This document shows positions 10,529 to 19,815 of a stretch of 56,834 nucleotides of DNA, piece after piece. The stretch's first letter is position 1. Each line of letters starts with the position of its first letter. This stretch comes from an uncultured virus (IMG/VR IMGVR_UViG_3300042471_001823) (Duplodnaviria; Heunggongvirae; Uroviricota; Caudoviricetes): the IMG/VR virus record IMGVR_UViG_3300042471_001823; one strand, given 5' to 3'. The notes under the pieces were generated by a model, which did no database searches, was not told the DNA's origin, and saw only the letters and a list, made by a program, of their open reading frames with translations. The position numbers were made by a program, and so were the translations under genes.

Positions 10529-10819
10529 ATGACTTACCATCACATTTTGTTGCAAGAAAACTTTGAGATAACCTTGTTTAACCCTGTGTTCAATTATCGC
10601 AGGGTTAACGTGTTTTTGAGTCGTGATGAGGCTAACGATTTTATTCGCAATGAGTTAACCTTTGACGGGGAAACACAGATTGTTGAAACAAATGAGGTAA
10701 CACAAGGATTGACTAATTCAGTGCATCAAAGGTTTTTTAGGGACTTATTAAAGCAATCGGTTAAGCTACCCTTGACTCAAATCAATAAATTGGCTAGAGA
10801 TGTGTTGATTCCGTGCTGA
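10529..10819 (+). CDS. Hypothetical protein
   Basis: ORF preceded by GGTATAAT. Confidence 0.55.
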   Translation: MTYHHILLQENFEITLFNPVFNYRRVNVFLSRDEANDFIRNELTFDGETQIVETNEVTQGLTNSVHQRFFRDLLKQSVKLPLTQINKLARDVLIPC

Positions 10820-10923
10820 CTAAAGCCAATCAAGCAAACAAAGATGTATTGGCTGTAGTCAACGAACCGATCAAAAAAAGACATTACCCAATCCAATAAC
10901 TCAACCAAAAAGACATCACCACC

Positions 10924-11454
10924 ATGCTAAGAACCGACGGACAATGGTACAGCGTACCTGACTTACTGCTTAACTTTGGATTAATCAGACGAGCATCGGA
11001 TACAAAAATATTGTTAGAGGCTTTATCCAAGGCAAGACCCGATCTCATGTCAAAGATTGAGGTTAAGACAATGTTTCGCTCTGAGGTTCCAGCCGCTACG
11101 ATTAAAGTGTGTACTGACATTTTGTTAGCGGCTGGTGTTCCCCATGATGAAATAATGGAAGTCCTAAAGGATGATCCCTACTATTTTGCTCTTGATGCCC
11201 TAAGCAAGGGGTTCTATGACTGTGAGCCTTGCCAAGACTTCTACTGCAATACCAAAACAATTGACCTGTACCTAGCCAAGCCAAGAATCGCAATTATCCT
11301 GATTGACGATCCTGAGATTGAAGGGGCTATTAAATCAGCACTGGGATGCTCTGTAATTCATGGGACGCGACACTCAATCGGTGAAATCATTGCTACCGTT
11401 AGACAGATGATTGTGACCAGCAATCTAAGAATTATTGGCAGTAGCGAGAAGTAA
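10924..11454 (+). CDS. Protein with degenerate Vsr/DUF559-like C-terminal domain; paralog of 56059..56628
   Basis: IDLYLAKPRIAI and IKSALGCSV match IDLYLAKANIAI and IKSALGCSF of the Bro-N protein. Confidence 0.6.
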   Translation: MLRTDGQWYSVPDLLLNFGLIRRASDTKILLEALSKARPDLMSKIEVKTMFRSEVPAATIKVCTDILLAAGVPHDEIMEVLKDDPYYFALDALSKGFYDCEPCQDFYCNTKTIDLYLAKPRIAIILIDDPEIEGAIKSALGCSVIHGTRHSIGEIIATVRQMIVTSNLRIIGSSEK

Positions 11455-11566
11455 TAATCACCCGCCTGACCGCCATTAAAAACAATTTTAATTTATGTAT
11501 TGACAAATATTCTAAATTATGCAATTATATAGAAAGTAAATCACATGCAAGCAAAGGAGCAAAGTT

Positions 11567-11734
11567 ATGTTCGCTATTTTCCCTGATGCGTTTGACGCGG
11601 CGTTTGATGAAGATCAGAAGTACCAAGAAATGATGGCAGAGATTTATCCTGATGACTCCGATGATATTGATGAAGATTGGGAGCCTGAACTTCCCCCCGA
11701 ATACGCCGAATCTCCCTTAGACGGCGCTTTCTAA
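11567..11734 (+). CDS. 55-aa extremely acidic peptide (possible DNA mimic)
   Basis: Not in ORF track. MFAIFPDAFDAAFDEDQKYQEMMAEIYPDDSDDIDEDWEPELPPEYAESPLDGAF; AAGGAG RBS, upstream TTGACA, downstream palindrome. Confidence 0.75.
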   Translation: MFAIFPDAFDAAFDEDQKYQEMMAEIYPDDSDDIDEDWEPELPPEYAESPLDGAF

Positions 11735-11746
11735 ATTAAATACACC

Positions 11747-11774
11747 AAACACCCTAGGTTAACCTAGGGTGTTT
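11747..11774. terminator. Bidirectional intrinsic terminator (perfect 28-bp palindrome)
   Basis: aaacaccctaggtt|aacctagggtgttt between convergent genes. Confidence 0.75.
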
Positions 11775-11795
11775 TATTTTGGTTGTTTGCGGTTG

Positions 11796-12071
11796 TTATT
11801 TCGATTGTCCGTAACCGCTTAAACCGCTACTATAAGCCTGATTGTAGACCGAGGGAATAGTTAGCCCTAATTGAGATGACTGAGACAGGTTTACGCCCCT
11901 TACAATGCCATCCGCAGCAGTGTAAAGGTTTTGCCCTGTGATGCCATCGTAACCAATGCTTGTGCCGCTACTGATTGAGCTATAATTGATGCGTTGATTG
12001 GTGGCATTGTGAAAATCCCTAATTGCCCTTAACTGATTTTGTAAAGAGCGCTGTTCAACTGAATATGACAT
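11796..12071 (-). CDS. Small Ser/Gly/Gln-rich hypothetical protein, possibly structural
   Basis: ORF with GAGG RBS. Confidence 0.55.
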   Translation of the reverse strand: MSYSVEQRSLQNQLRAIRDFHNATNQRINYSSISSGTSIGYDGITGQNLYTAADGIVRGVNLSQSSQLGLTIPSVYNQAYSSGLSGYGQSK

Positions 12072-12106
12072 TTTGGGATTACCTCAGGATTGCAAAAAAA
12101 TAATAG

Positions 12107-12400
12107 CTAGCGTTGAATGTGACACCTTATTTTCGCTTCTTTAACGGGATCATGGTAGTCTTTGCCTTTGTACCAATCTAGCCACTGCTGAGAGCCTTTA
12201 TTCTGGTTACAACGTTGACATGAGGGGACTAAGTTACTGGTAATTGTTTCCCCACCTAAAAACTTAGGCAATACATGATCTAAACTTGTAGCAGTGCTAC
12301 CACAGTATGCACACTGATTATCAAACGCATCAAAAATTGACTGTCTAAAAGCTCTTTTTAAATCTTGCTTTGACTTGATAACGGTTTGATCTAAGTACAT
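12107..12400 (-). CDS. HNH endonuclease
   Basis: CAYCG...LDHVLPK..GG....NLVPSCQRCNQNKG. Confidence 0.92.
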   Translation of the reverse strand: MYLDQTVIKSKQDLKRAFRQSIFDAFDNQCAYCGSTATSLDHVLPKFLGGETITSNLVPSCQRCNQNKGSQQWLDWYKGKDYHDPVKEAKIRCHIQR

Positions 12401-12449
12401 AAATAAATCCCGTTTGCTTTAGCATTTTAGCATAAAAAACACAAACCTT

Positions 12450-15002
12450 ATGGCAACATGGCACGATCTCAGGGTTCCAAACTACAGAATATTAGTGGGT
12501 GGTACAGACATCACTAATGCTATAGCAGGCTTTAACTTTGCTCATCCGATAGAAGAGCCATATAGCCCATTAATCTGGTCTGGAACCATTGAAATCAAGC
12601 CTGCTAGGGGTGCTTCTGCTTTAGGGTTTGAGTACTTCAATGATGAGATTAACCCTCAGCGGTGGGCTGCCGGACGATCACCTATTGATGTGTATTTTAA
12701 TAACCAATTATGGCAGCGGTTTAGGGTAAAGCCCGTTGGCTATCGCTTTGATCAAGATACAGGAGCCGCTGTAATTGAGATTACAGACTTACTTGGTTTG
12801 CTTGATTCCTATGTCCCAGCCCAAGACGTACCAGAGTTTAAGATTGGTGCAAACATCAGTACTGGCTGGGTTGCCAAAAAGCTGGTTGAACGTGCCATTG
12901 CCATCATGAAAGAAGGTAATGCCAACTTTGACTTAGAAGTACCATTACCGCCATTTAATGACATCATCAGGACACCCCGCACTTTTAGAGGATCATGGAT
13001 TAGGCAAGCCCAAAAGTTTGCGGGTGAGCGCGGTTATTGGTTATGGTGCGATAAGGAGCAATTAAAATGGGCAAAGTACCCCATTAATGGTGATGGACAA
13101 ATCATATTCAGTAGACCCCGTAGCAGCTTCAAAAAAGCTAACAGAAATGAGGGGATTGAGGCGTATCTATCAGACATGACCATTACTGCAACTAATGAAG
13201 ACTTAGATGAATGCAAAGATCAGTATCCAAAATTTTCATACACTTACGCTGCGGATAATTTTGTTACAGGTTCGTTTCCTGATGTCGATCCTAGCAATGC
13301 TTATTATCTCTTAGTCAAAAAAACGGTTATTGATCGGGATGATATTCCCACTAGACCCTATCGCACACGGTGGGAAGATTACAAAAAAGAATCTCAGCAA
13401 TTAAAGCTGTTCATGAATGGGAAAATCCCACCCATTAAAAATCCCGTACCAGCATCGGTTTTAATTGCCAATGGGAAGCAAACAGCAGCCCAAAAAACTG
13501 CGTTTTTGCAGTCACGGTTTAATGGAAAGGTTTGGATTGATACCTTATATGAAAGGGTGATTGAAATCTGGGAAGATGGCTTATTAACTGACATTAACCC
13601 GCCAAAACTACTAAAACGAATTGTAGAACGCTATCAGCCATTACTTGACGCACAAGCGCTGTCATGGCTTGAACCTAATCAATGGTGGCAAGAATTTAAC
13701 ATGTACTCAAGTAATAATATTGTCTATTTGGCAGAACGTGTTACCACTGATTACACTTACAGACGGATTCAACGCCCTGATTTAATCATTCCCCAAGGTC
13801 GGATTTTATACGAAATTGATACGGTTACTGAGTACCAAGAAAAGCGTAATAATTTCTTAAAGAAAAACCTCTCAAGCTATTATTTTACGGTAGCTTTGAC
13901 TCCTGCTAAAAAGGTTATCACAACTTACACTAAGGAGTGTTTAACCCGTTGGGCAGTAGAAGTGGCAACATTTGAAAACCTGTTTACTACTAACTATGGT
14001 GAAGGGTATTTGGTGCAGACGGGAATAGACCGCTTTACCACTAATTCAATTCCTGATATTACTTACAAGCCATCACCTTACTCAATCTGGCAAAAGCCAC
14101 TGATTGGCAAGTCTCAGGTTTATTTCAATGCGTTGACCCCATTTCTGCAAAGTCATGGGTATGAAACGGCTCAAACCTTAACCACTAATGAGTTATGTCA
14201 GCAATACGCCACATTCTTATTAAAACTGAGATTTCAGCGGTATTACAGCTATTTGTTTGCCAGTGGGTTTGATTACATCATTGCATCAGGTCAGGGCTGG
14301 GAATCAAGGGGTGCTGATGCCCAAAACTATGAACCATTTCAGATGTTTCAAGCGTTTAAGGGTGTGTTTATTCGCAGTAGATTTACCCTGAGTAGCAATA
14401 ACAGGGAATGTATTGCTGAGTATATTGGCAACAAAGTAGCTAACACTTTTATTCCAGAGCCTTACTTGCCACCGCCACCAATCCTAGTGGGTGCGTTAAA
14501 CCTCAGTCCTATTGCTAGTCAATCTATCACCCTTGGAACTGCCTATAACTTGACATTAAACGTGGGTGGTGGCATCGCGCCATATACTATTGAGGCTGAT
14601 GGATTGCCAGATGGTCTAGAGATTAGAGATAACTTGATCTATGGTGTTCCCACAACTTTAGGCGATTTTACTGTGACCATTACAGTTACTGATAGCGCTC
14701 TGTCTACGGTGACAAGAATTTTTGATATTACCGTTACAGCAGTGGAAACAGCGGATATTGTGTCTGAGGTGATTAATGTTAAAGCATCGCTTGGCATTGA
14801 TTCTAGTATCACGGTGCTAAGCGGATTGGAATACAATCCCACCGTTAAGGCAATACTGCCAATTAGCGCGGGTGTTACCATACTAGATGAAGTCAATGTC
14901 ACTGCAACCCTTGGTATTAACGCTACCATTGAAATTGTGCCAAGCCTTACCGCTATTTTGAATATCTATGCCTCAGTGTCGATTGATGGCGGTGGGACTT
15001 AA
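12450..15002 (+). CDS. Putative tail/baseplate hub protein with C-terminal He_PIG-like Ig domain
   Basis: 850 aa; GGIAPYT....GLPDGL......IYGVPTTLGDFTVTITVTDS Ig motif; N-terminal RILVGGTDIT typical of tail proteins. Confidence 0.6.
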   Translation: MATWHDLRVPNYRILVGGTDITNAIAGFNFAHPIEEPYSPLIWSGTIEIKPARGASALGFEYFNDEINPQRWAAGRSPIDVYFNNQLWQRFRVKPVGYRFDQDTGAAVIEITDLLGLLDSYVPAQDVPEFKIGANISTGWVAKKLVERAIAIMKEGNANFDLEVPLPPFNDIIRTPRTFRGSWIRQAQKFAGERGYWLWCDKEQLKWAKYPINGDGQIIFSRPRSSFKKANRNEGIEAYLSDMTITATNEDLDECKDQYPKFSYTYAADNFVTGSFPDVDPSNAYYLLVKKTVIDRDDIPTRPYRTRWEDYKKESQQLKLFMNGKIPPIKNPVPASVLIANGKQTAAQKTAFLQSRFNGKVWIDTLYERVIEIWEDGLLTDINPPKLLKRIVERYQPLLDAQALSWLEPNQWWQEFNMYSSNNIVYLAERVTTDYTYRRIQRPDLIIPQGRILYEIDTVTEYQEKRNNFLKKNLSSYYFTVALTPAKKVITTYTKECLTRWAVEVATFENLFTTNYGEGYLVQTGIDRFTTNSIPDITYKPSPYSIWQKPLIGKSQVYFNALTPFLQSHGYETAQTLTTNELCQQYATFLLKLRFQRYYSYLFASGFDYIIASGQGWESRGADAQNYEPFQMFQAFKGVFIRSRFTLSSNNRECIAEYIGNKVANTFIPEPYLPPPPILVGALNLSPIASQSITLGTAYNLTLNVGGGIAPYTIEADGLPDGLEIRDNLIYGVPTTLGDFTVTITVTDSALSTVTRIFDITVTAVETADIVSEVINVKASLGIDSSITVLSGLEYNPTVKAILPISAGVTILDEVNVTATLGINATIEIVPSLTAILNIYASVSIDGGGT

Positions 15003-15121
15003 AAAGTTTAGCAATTAATCACAATGACAGGCAACTAGAATTAAATAGTCAATCACAATCGCAATTAAAGTAATAACCATTTACCATTCAGCAATCAATC
15101 ACAATCTAAGGAGTAAAATTC

Positions 15122-15802
15122 ATGGGATGGACATTAGCCGAAGCGACAAGCCTTTTAACTGATGTGTATACGGGACAAACGCTACATGTAGCGGCGCTAG
15201 ATACCGATGTTGTAATATCTGGGAATTTCACAGTAAACACTAGTACTAGTGTCATTACTTCAGCGGTTACAATCAATTTCGTTGAAGGGACTCGGATTAC
15301 TTTTTTGGCTGAAGGTGGTGGCACATTGCCTAGTGGGTTAAACGACATTAACACCTTTTTTGCTACCAATATCTCAGGCAATACGTTTCAGGTTAAAGCC
15401 GCTATTTCAGATTCTAGCCCTGTAAGTATCACTGACACAGGCAGTGGTACTTACAGGTTTAGCGACGCACCGCCACTGCCTTACGATAATGTTGCTACAG
15501 CCGCTTGGATTCGCTATGAAATTGCACAAGCTAATTATCCTAGCAATGCCAGATTGTCATGGGTTGTACCATCTCCTATTACTATCGGTTCCCCTGCTAG
15601 TGAGGCTCAAGTAATAGGGACTGCAACATTACAAGGAAACATGGAGTTTACAGCACTGGCTTTTATTCATGGCGGTAGTTCATCCCCTGGTAACACAACG
15701 GGAACCATAGTTGCTAGACAGTTTACAGGGCGGATTGTTGCCACTAATGCAAGCCCTAAAACAAGTAACCTTAAAATTGCTATTCCTATTAGTCAGACTT
15801 AG
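15122..15802 (+). CDS. Putative virion structural protein (Thr/Ser-rich beta protein)
   Basis: GGTLPSGL...FFATNISGNTFQV...VSITDTGSGT pattern as in phage tail/fibre proteins. Confidence 0.55.
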   Translation: MGWTLAEATSLLTDVYTGQTLHVAALDTDVVISGNFTVNTSTSVITSAVTINFVEGTRITFLAEGGGTLPSGLNDINTFFATNISGNTFQVKAAISDSSPVSITDTGSGTYRFSDAPPLPYDNVATAAWIRYEIAQANYPSNARLSWVVPSPITIGSPASEAQVIGTATLQGNMEFTALAFIHGGSSSPGNTTGTIVARQFTGRIVATNASPKTSNLKIAIPISQT

Positions 15803-15817
15803 TTATAGTTAATAAAA

Positions 15818-15847
15818 AACACCTCTCTTAAATTTAAGAGAGGTGTT
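15818..15847. terminator. Bidirectional terminator (perfect 30-bp palindrome)
   Basis: aacacctctcttaaa|tttaagagaggtgtt between convergent genes. Confidence 0.7.
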
Positions 15848-15858
15848 ATAGTGTTAGG

Positions 15859-16197
15859 TTAAACACATGCACCACAAGAAAGATGCCTCCAATCTAACGG
15901 CTGAATTTTTTCGTATAACCGCCGGAGAAGAGTTTCAGTAATTTCTATTTCGGCATCTTTTAATGCGTCAATCAAATGCTTAGGAGGAGTTTTGACCCAT
16001 TCATCAATTTTTAACCCGTCTTCATGCTTTTTCCATTTTTCACTCCAACTGTCATCAAACTCCCACGTTTCATAAAATCCTCGCGTATTCATTTCTTTTC
16101 CCTTAATGGCGATTTCTTTGTCACCAATGACAATATCCCAAACTCCAGAACAAAAGGCGGATGATCCATTGTCATAAGTAACATGAATGTTTTCCAC
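15859..16197 (-). CDS. Hypothetical phage protein with own sigma70-type promoter
   Basis: ORF (FCSG.W ... DWRHLSCGACV); TTGACA on minus strand at 16252-16257. Confidence 0.65.
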   Translation of the reverse strand: MENIHVTYDNGSSAFCSGVWDIVIGDKEIAIKGKEMNTRGFYETWEFDDSWSEKWKKHEDGLKIDEWVKTPPKHLIDALKDAEIEITETLLRRLYEKIQPLDWRHLSCGACV

Positions 16198-16271
16198 GTT
16201 TTTTATTATCCTAAGTGCTACCTCTATAATTTATCAATCACTCGCTTTTTTTGTCAATACATCAATCAAAC

Positions 16272-16520
16272 CTAAATCGGCAAATCAAAACTATAGCCCA
16301 TCAGCATCGACTTATCGCCGTTACTTCTAACTGCCATGTCAAAGGCAATTTCGTTAGTAGTGGCGATTTGTGGCGATTGGTAGGCATTGCCCTCATGGTA
16401 CACATAGCGGTGAGTTGCAATGGCTTCAATACCCATGTCTTTTAGGGCTAAAGCCACAGGTGATGAGCAAGGCAGTGGCTTAGCCCTATTGATGTGATCA
16501 TTGGTTACGGTGATTTGCAT
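16272..16520 (-). CDS. Hypothetical phage protein
   Basis: MQITVTNDHI...CSSPVALAL type small protein. Confidence 0.6.
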   Translation of the reverse strand: MQITVTNDHINRAKPLPCSSPVALALKDMGIEAIATHRYVYHEGNAYQSPQIATTNEIAFDMAVRSNGDKSMLMGYSFDLPI

Positions 16521-16567
16521 AATTAACCCATAGCAAATAAACTAATATTATTATACAATAATTTGCT

Positions 16568-16756
16568 ATGATTATTTTTTCTAATTATCGCTTGAGGCTT
16601 GATAACGGCTGCCATGTTTTTGTTCTGATGCATCCTTATATTGGACTTGCTGTATTTCGGGATAAGCGCCATCAAAGAGAAATACCTGATTGGTGGGAAG
16701 ATCTTTTGATTCGTAAGGCAGTAGAGTGGTTTGAAGAGCGCGGGTGTAAGGGGTGA
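16568..16756 (+). CDS. Small hypothetical protein
   Basis: 62 aa ORF divergent from 16520. Confidence 0.45.
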   Translation: MIIFSNYRLRLDNGCHVFVLMHPYIGLAVFRDKRHQREIPDWWEDLLIRKAVEWFEERGCKG

Positions 16757-16845
16757 TAAAACTGGCATAAGTCATTGATAGCAAGACAAAAGCATTATTA
16801 GTACGACATTATGTTTTACTAACACAAAAAACAACTGAGGTTAAC

Positions 16846-17355
16846 ATGAAAGCTAGACGTAAATTACCCGCTGGGTATGATGCCTATATCCGTAGCCATG
16901 AATGGATTAAGCGTAGCAGGGCTGTTAGAGCGCTAACTTTAAATAGTGATGCCCTAATCCCATTTCTGCCTGCCCATGATGCTCACCACATGACTTATAA
17001 CAATTTTAGGAGTGAACTGCCAATCAGGGATTTAATTCCCCTAAACCATGATTTACATATCCTGTGGTTGCATAAAAAGGTGATCGGAAGTCACCAGAAT
17101 AGCCATGAATGGTTAATCAATCTTGGCTTGAGAACTGTGATGATCTTTTGGTTGGTTGTCTTATTTTTGCCAGCAACCGCTATTGTCAAAGTCTGGCAAG
17201 CAATCTATAAGCCGTTTACCCGAAAGTGCTATAAACCTTTTGGGGTGGCATGTGCGATCGCTTTTACTATGGCACTGCCTTTTACTACCTCTCTCTGGTT
17301 TATGCCTTTGTCCCTTGCTTATGCCACTGCCATGTATCGGATGCCTTGGAAGTAG
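16846..17355 (+). CDS. Degenerate HNH-like domain fused to transmembrane helices
   Basis: YDAYIRSHEW...HHMTY...E...DLIPLNHDLH resembles HNH with Cys ligands lost; hydrophobic C-terminal segments. Confidence 0.55.
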   Translation: MKARRKLPAGYDAYIRSHEWIKRSRAVRALTLNSDALIPFLPAHDAHHMTYNNFRSELPIRDLIPLNHDLHILWLHKKVIGSHQNSHEWLINLGLRTVMIFWLVVLFLPATAIVKVWQAIYKPFTRKCYKPFGVACAIAFTMALPFTTSLWFMPLSLAYATAMYRMPWK

Positions 17356-17373
17356 TCAAACAATCACGCTTTT

Positions 17374-17416
17374 ACAAAAAAACGATCTTGGATTGGCATC
17401 AAGATCGTTTTTTTGT
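17374..17416 (+). terminator. Intrinsic terminator
   Basis: acaaaaaaacgatcttg-loop-caagatcgtttttttgt. Confidence 0.75.
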
Positions 17417-17427
17417 GGACAAAAGGC

Positions 17428-18298
17428 AAAGTTTACACTCTTATTATTTTCGCTTTCTTCCTTAAAAATGGGTACTTTTTCGTTAAAACCTAATTATCTT
17501 AACAATGGATTATTGGTTTATTTTAAGTGAATTTTTCTAGAAAAAGTTAGAAAACTTTCGGCTAAATCCCACATTCTTCCTTGAAATCCCCTTATACAGA
17601 TCTTAGTATTGATTTTTTTAATTTGGGTTTTCGATCTGAGGAGTGAACGCGACAACGCAAAAAAAATCTAGGCTTATGCACTTTGTTGAGGCTATGAACT
17701 TTGTCGAACAATTTGGATTAGTCCTAAGTTAAGAGCCTATGACTTTGGCTCACCCTAAAACCTAGACTTATGACTTTAAACTGCCTCGCAAGCGATCACC
17801 CTAAGTTTTAATTACTTGCCTTTAAAATCGCTTCTAACACCTTTGTTTTACCCCTAACCATCTCTTAGTACTTAAAAGTAATTTAAATGTCTTTAAGCGC
17901 TATTTTAAGGTAATAGAGCGTATATCCGTGTTTTTGATGCAAGTAGGTTTGTGGGTTAGTTTGATTGGCGCGGTGGCGATTCCGTGTATAAGCCAGTGGC
18001 AAAAACTGATTTACTGCCAAGCCTCAGACCCTAGGTTAAGCCCAAAATCCAAAGCCAAGTTTTACTAATGTCCAACCCTTAGCTTGAAAATCACAACTCA
18101 TCCCTCAGACTAAAAACCAAGTTAAAAAACTTGAATAAGATCTGTATAAGGGGATTTCAAGGAAGAATGCGGGATTTAACTAAAAATTTTCTAACTTTTT
18201 CTAGAAAAATGTGCTAAAATTTGATCAATTACCCATTGTTAAGATAATTAGGTTTTAACAAAAAAGCGCCCGTTTTTAAGGAAGAAAGTGAAAATAAT
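17428..18298. repeat. Dispersed inverted-arm non-coding element, copy A (minimal form; interior inverted relative to B and C)
   Basis: ~200 bp arms 17428-~17641 and ~18103-18298 are imperfect reverse complements; interior ~17781-17952 is the reverse complement of ~28714-28885 and ~45435-45605. Confidence 0.92.
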
Positions 18299-18364
18299 AT
18301 AAAATGTTGACGTAAAGAGGTTAGAGAGTACAATGTTTTGTGTATGTACAGTTAAGAAGGAAAT

Positions 18365-18631
18365 ATGGCTAAATCAAAAGTAAAACCAAAGGGTCAAGTA
18401 GAAGTAAAAAAGCGCGGTCGTCCTAAATTAGACGTGCCTCGAACGATGGCATGGAATTTTCGCTGTCCAATTTTTCTAAAGCGAATCATTGACAACGATT
18501 TGCCAAAAAGCGCTAGAACGCAATGGCTGATTATGGCGATTCACGAAAAGATTGAACGTGACGGAGGGGTTGTACCCACAGATGTGGTTGAGTTGGGTGT
18601 TGAGGTTGAACAGCAGAGTTTAGCTTCTTAA
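18365..18631 (+). CDS. Small DNA-binding protein (AT-hook plus ribbon-helix-helix-like)
   Basis: KKRGRPK, then beta strand (MAWNFRCP) and two helices; AAGGA RBS; promoter-like TTGACG..TACAAT at the end of element A. Confidence 0.6.
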   Translation: MAKSKVKPKGQVEVKKRGRPKLDVPRTMAWNFRCPIFLKRIIDNDLPKSARTQWLIMAIHEKIERDGGVVPTDVVELGVEVEQQSLAS

Positions 18632-18725
18632 CTAGCAACTAAGTCTGACTAGCAGCGGTCACGGCTTAACTAGCAACTAAGCTTGACTGACAAAGTTCAA
18701 CTTAACTAGCAACTAAGTTTGACTA
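18627..18725. repeat. Tandem array, 3 x 24-bp CTTAACTAGCAACTAAGyyTGACT with 12-14 bp linkers
   Basis: Read directly; lies between convergent stop codons. Confidence 0.8.
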
Positions 18726-18749
18726 ACAATGTTCACGACAAGGCTTAAC

Positions 18750-19241
18750 CTAACTAGCGAACTCAAGAAACGAAACCCCTTTAAGTTGATATGAATTAGC
18801 TCCTACATGGGTTAGGTACTGTCCCTGTTCAATCTTGATCATCACATTGAAGCTGTAGTAAGCCATTGTTAAGCCATTTAGTGTGACAGTCGAACTAGGT
18901 ACGATGGTTCTTGAGTGCCAACCCGCCTGATTCGTGAGGATTAATTCATTTTCATCTTGAAGGGTAAAGATTGTTGAGTCATTGCCAGTGTACAGACCCA
19001 TGTACCTTTCAAATAATGCCATGTCCGATTGGGTTAAAATCGCGTTGATTTGCCACTTGTAACATGGATAATAATTACGGTTTCCAGACTTGGCAATCCC
19101 ACCCAATGCATTGCGATCGCCAGCATTAGGGAAATCGGTTAGTTCCCTAATGCATAACTTTTCGTTCCCTAGGGTGTATTGAAAGACTAAAGGGGTAATA
19201 CCTTGGTAGCCTAGGATAATGCGACGTAATGGACAAGTCAT
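18750..19241 (-). CDS. Hypothetical protein, possibly tail (distal-tail-like)
   Basis: 163 aa beta-rich ORF; size and pattern only. Confidence 0.45.
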   Translation of the reverse strand: MTCPLRRIILGYQGITPLVFQYTLGNEKLCIRELTDFPNAGDRNALGGIAKSGNRNYYPCYKWQINAILTQSDMALFERYMGLYTGNDSTIFTLQDENELILTNQAGWHSRTIVPSSTVTLNGLTMAYYSFNVMIKIEQGQYLTHVGANSYQLKGVSFLEFAS

Positions 19242-19289
19242 GAGTGAATACCAAGTAAAAAATTATAGGACTCAAGGTGAAGGGTGTGG

Positions 19290-19542
19290 GGTTTAAGGTA
19301 AGAGCCATAAAGCCACAAACACAAAACCCAATGCATAAAGTTTAAAGCAAGAATCATAAGCCAATGCCATAAAATCTAAGGTAAGAGCCATAAAACTCAA
19401 ATTAAAACCCAATGCATAAAGTTTAAAGCAAGAGCCATAAAACTCAAATTAAAATTAAGGTCATAGGGTCTAAGGCAAGAGCCATAAAGCCCAAATTAAA
19501 ATTAAGGTCATAGGGTTTAAAGCAAGAGCCATAAAACTCAAG
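19290..19542. repeat. Degenerate ~47-bp tandem repeat (core AAGAGCCATAAA)
   Basis: gcaagagccataaaactcaaattaaaattaaggtcatagggtctaag-type units, five exact cores. Confidence 0.85.
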
Positions 19543-19815
19543 AAACAGAGGGTAAGCTACAATGCACCTGTTAACCTCATTATTAAGCTGGGTTCGCTAC
19601 ATCAATCCCAGCTTTTATTATTATTTTTTTTAAATGGCTATTATTATTTTTGAGTGACGGGTTATTATTATTTTTTGAGTGACTATACTGTTTTTTTGAG
19701 TGATTGTATTATTTTAGGGCAACAGTTATCAGTTTTAGATACTAATCATAGTTTGCAATAACAGCAATTGATGCCACTATCATAATAAATGACTGCAAGT
19801 TAACGGGTGGGAACA

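Noticed and set aside
17156..17530. ORFs 17156..17530 and 17250..17465, also 29158..29349 and 45963..46151
   Set aside because: Run through terminators, promoters or repeat DNA, or overlap better-supported genes; no RBS or motif.
18627..19542. Possible CRISPR mini-arrays
   Set aside because: Linkers are too short or are themselves repeated, repeats are degenerate, and no cas genes are present.
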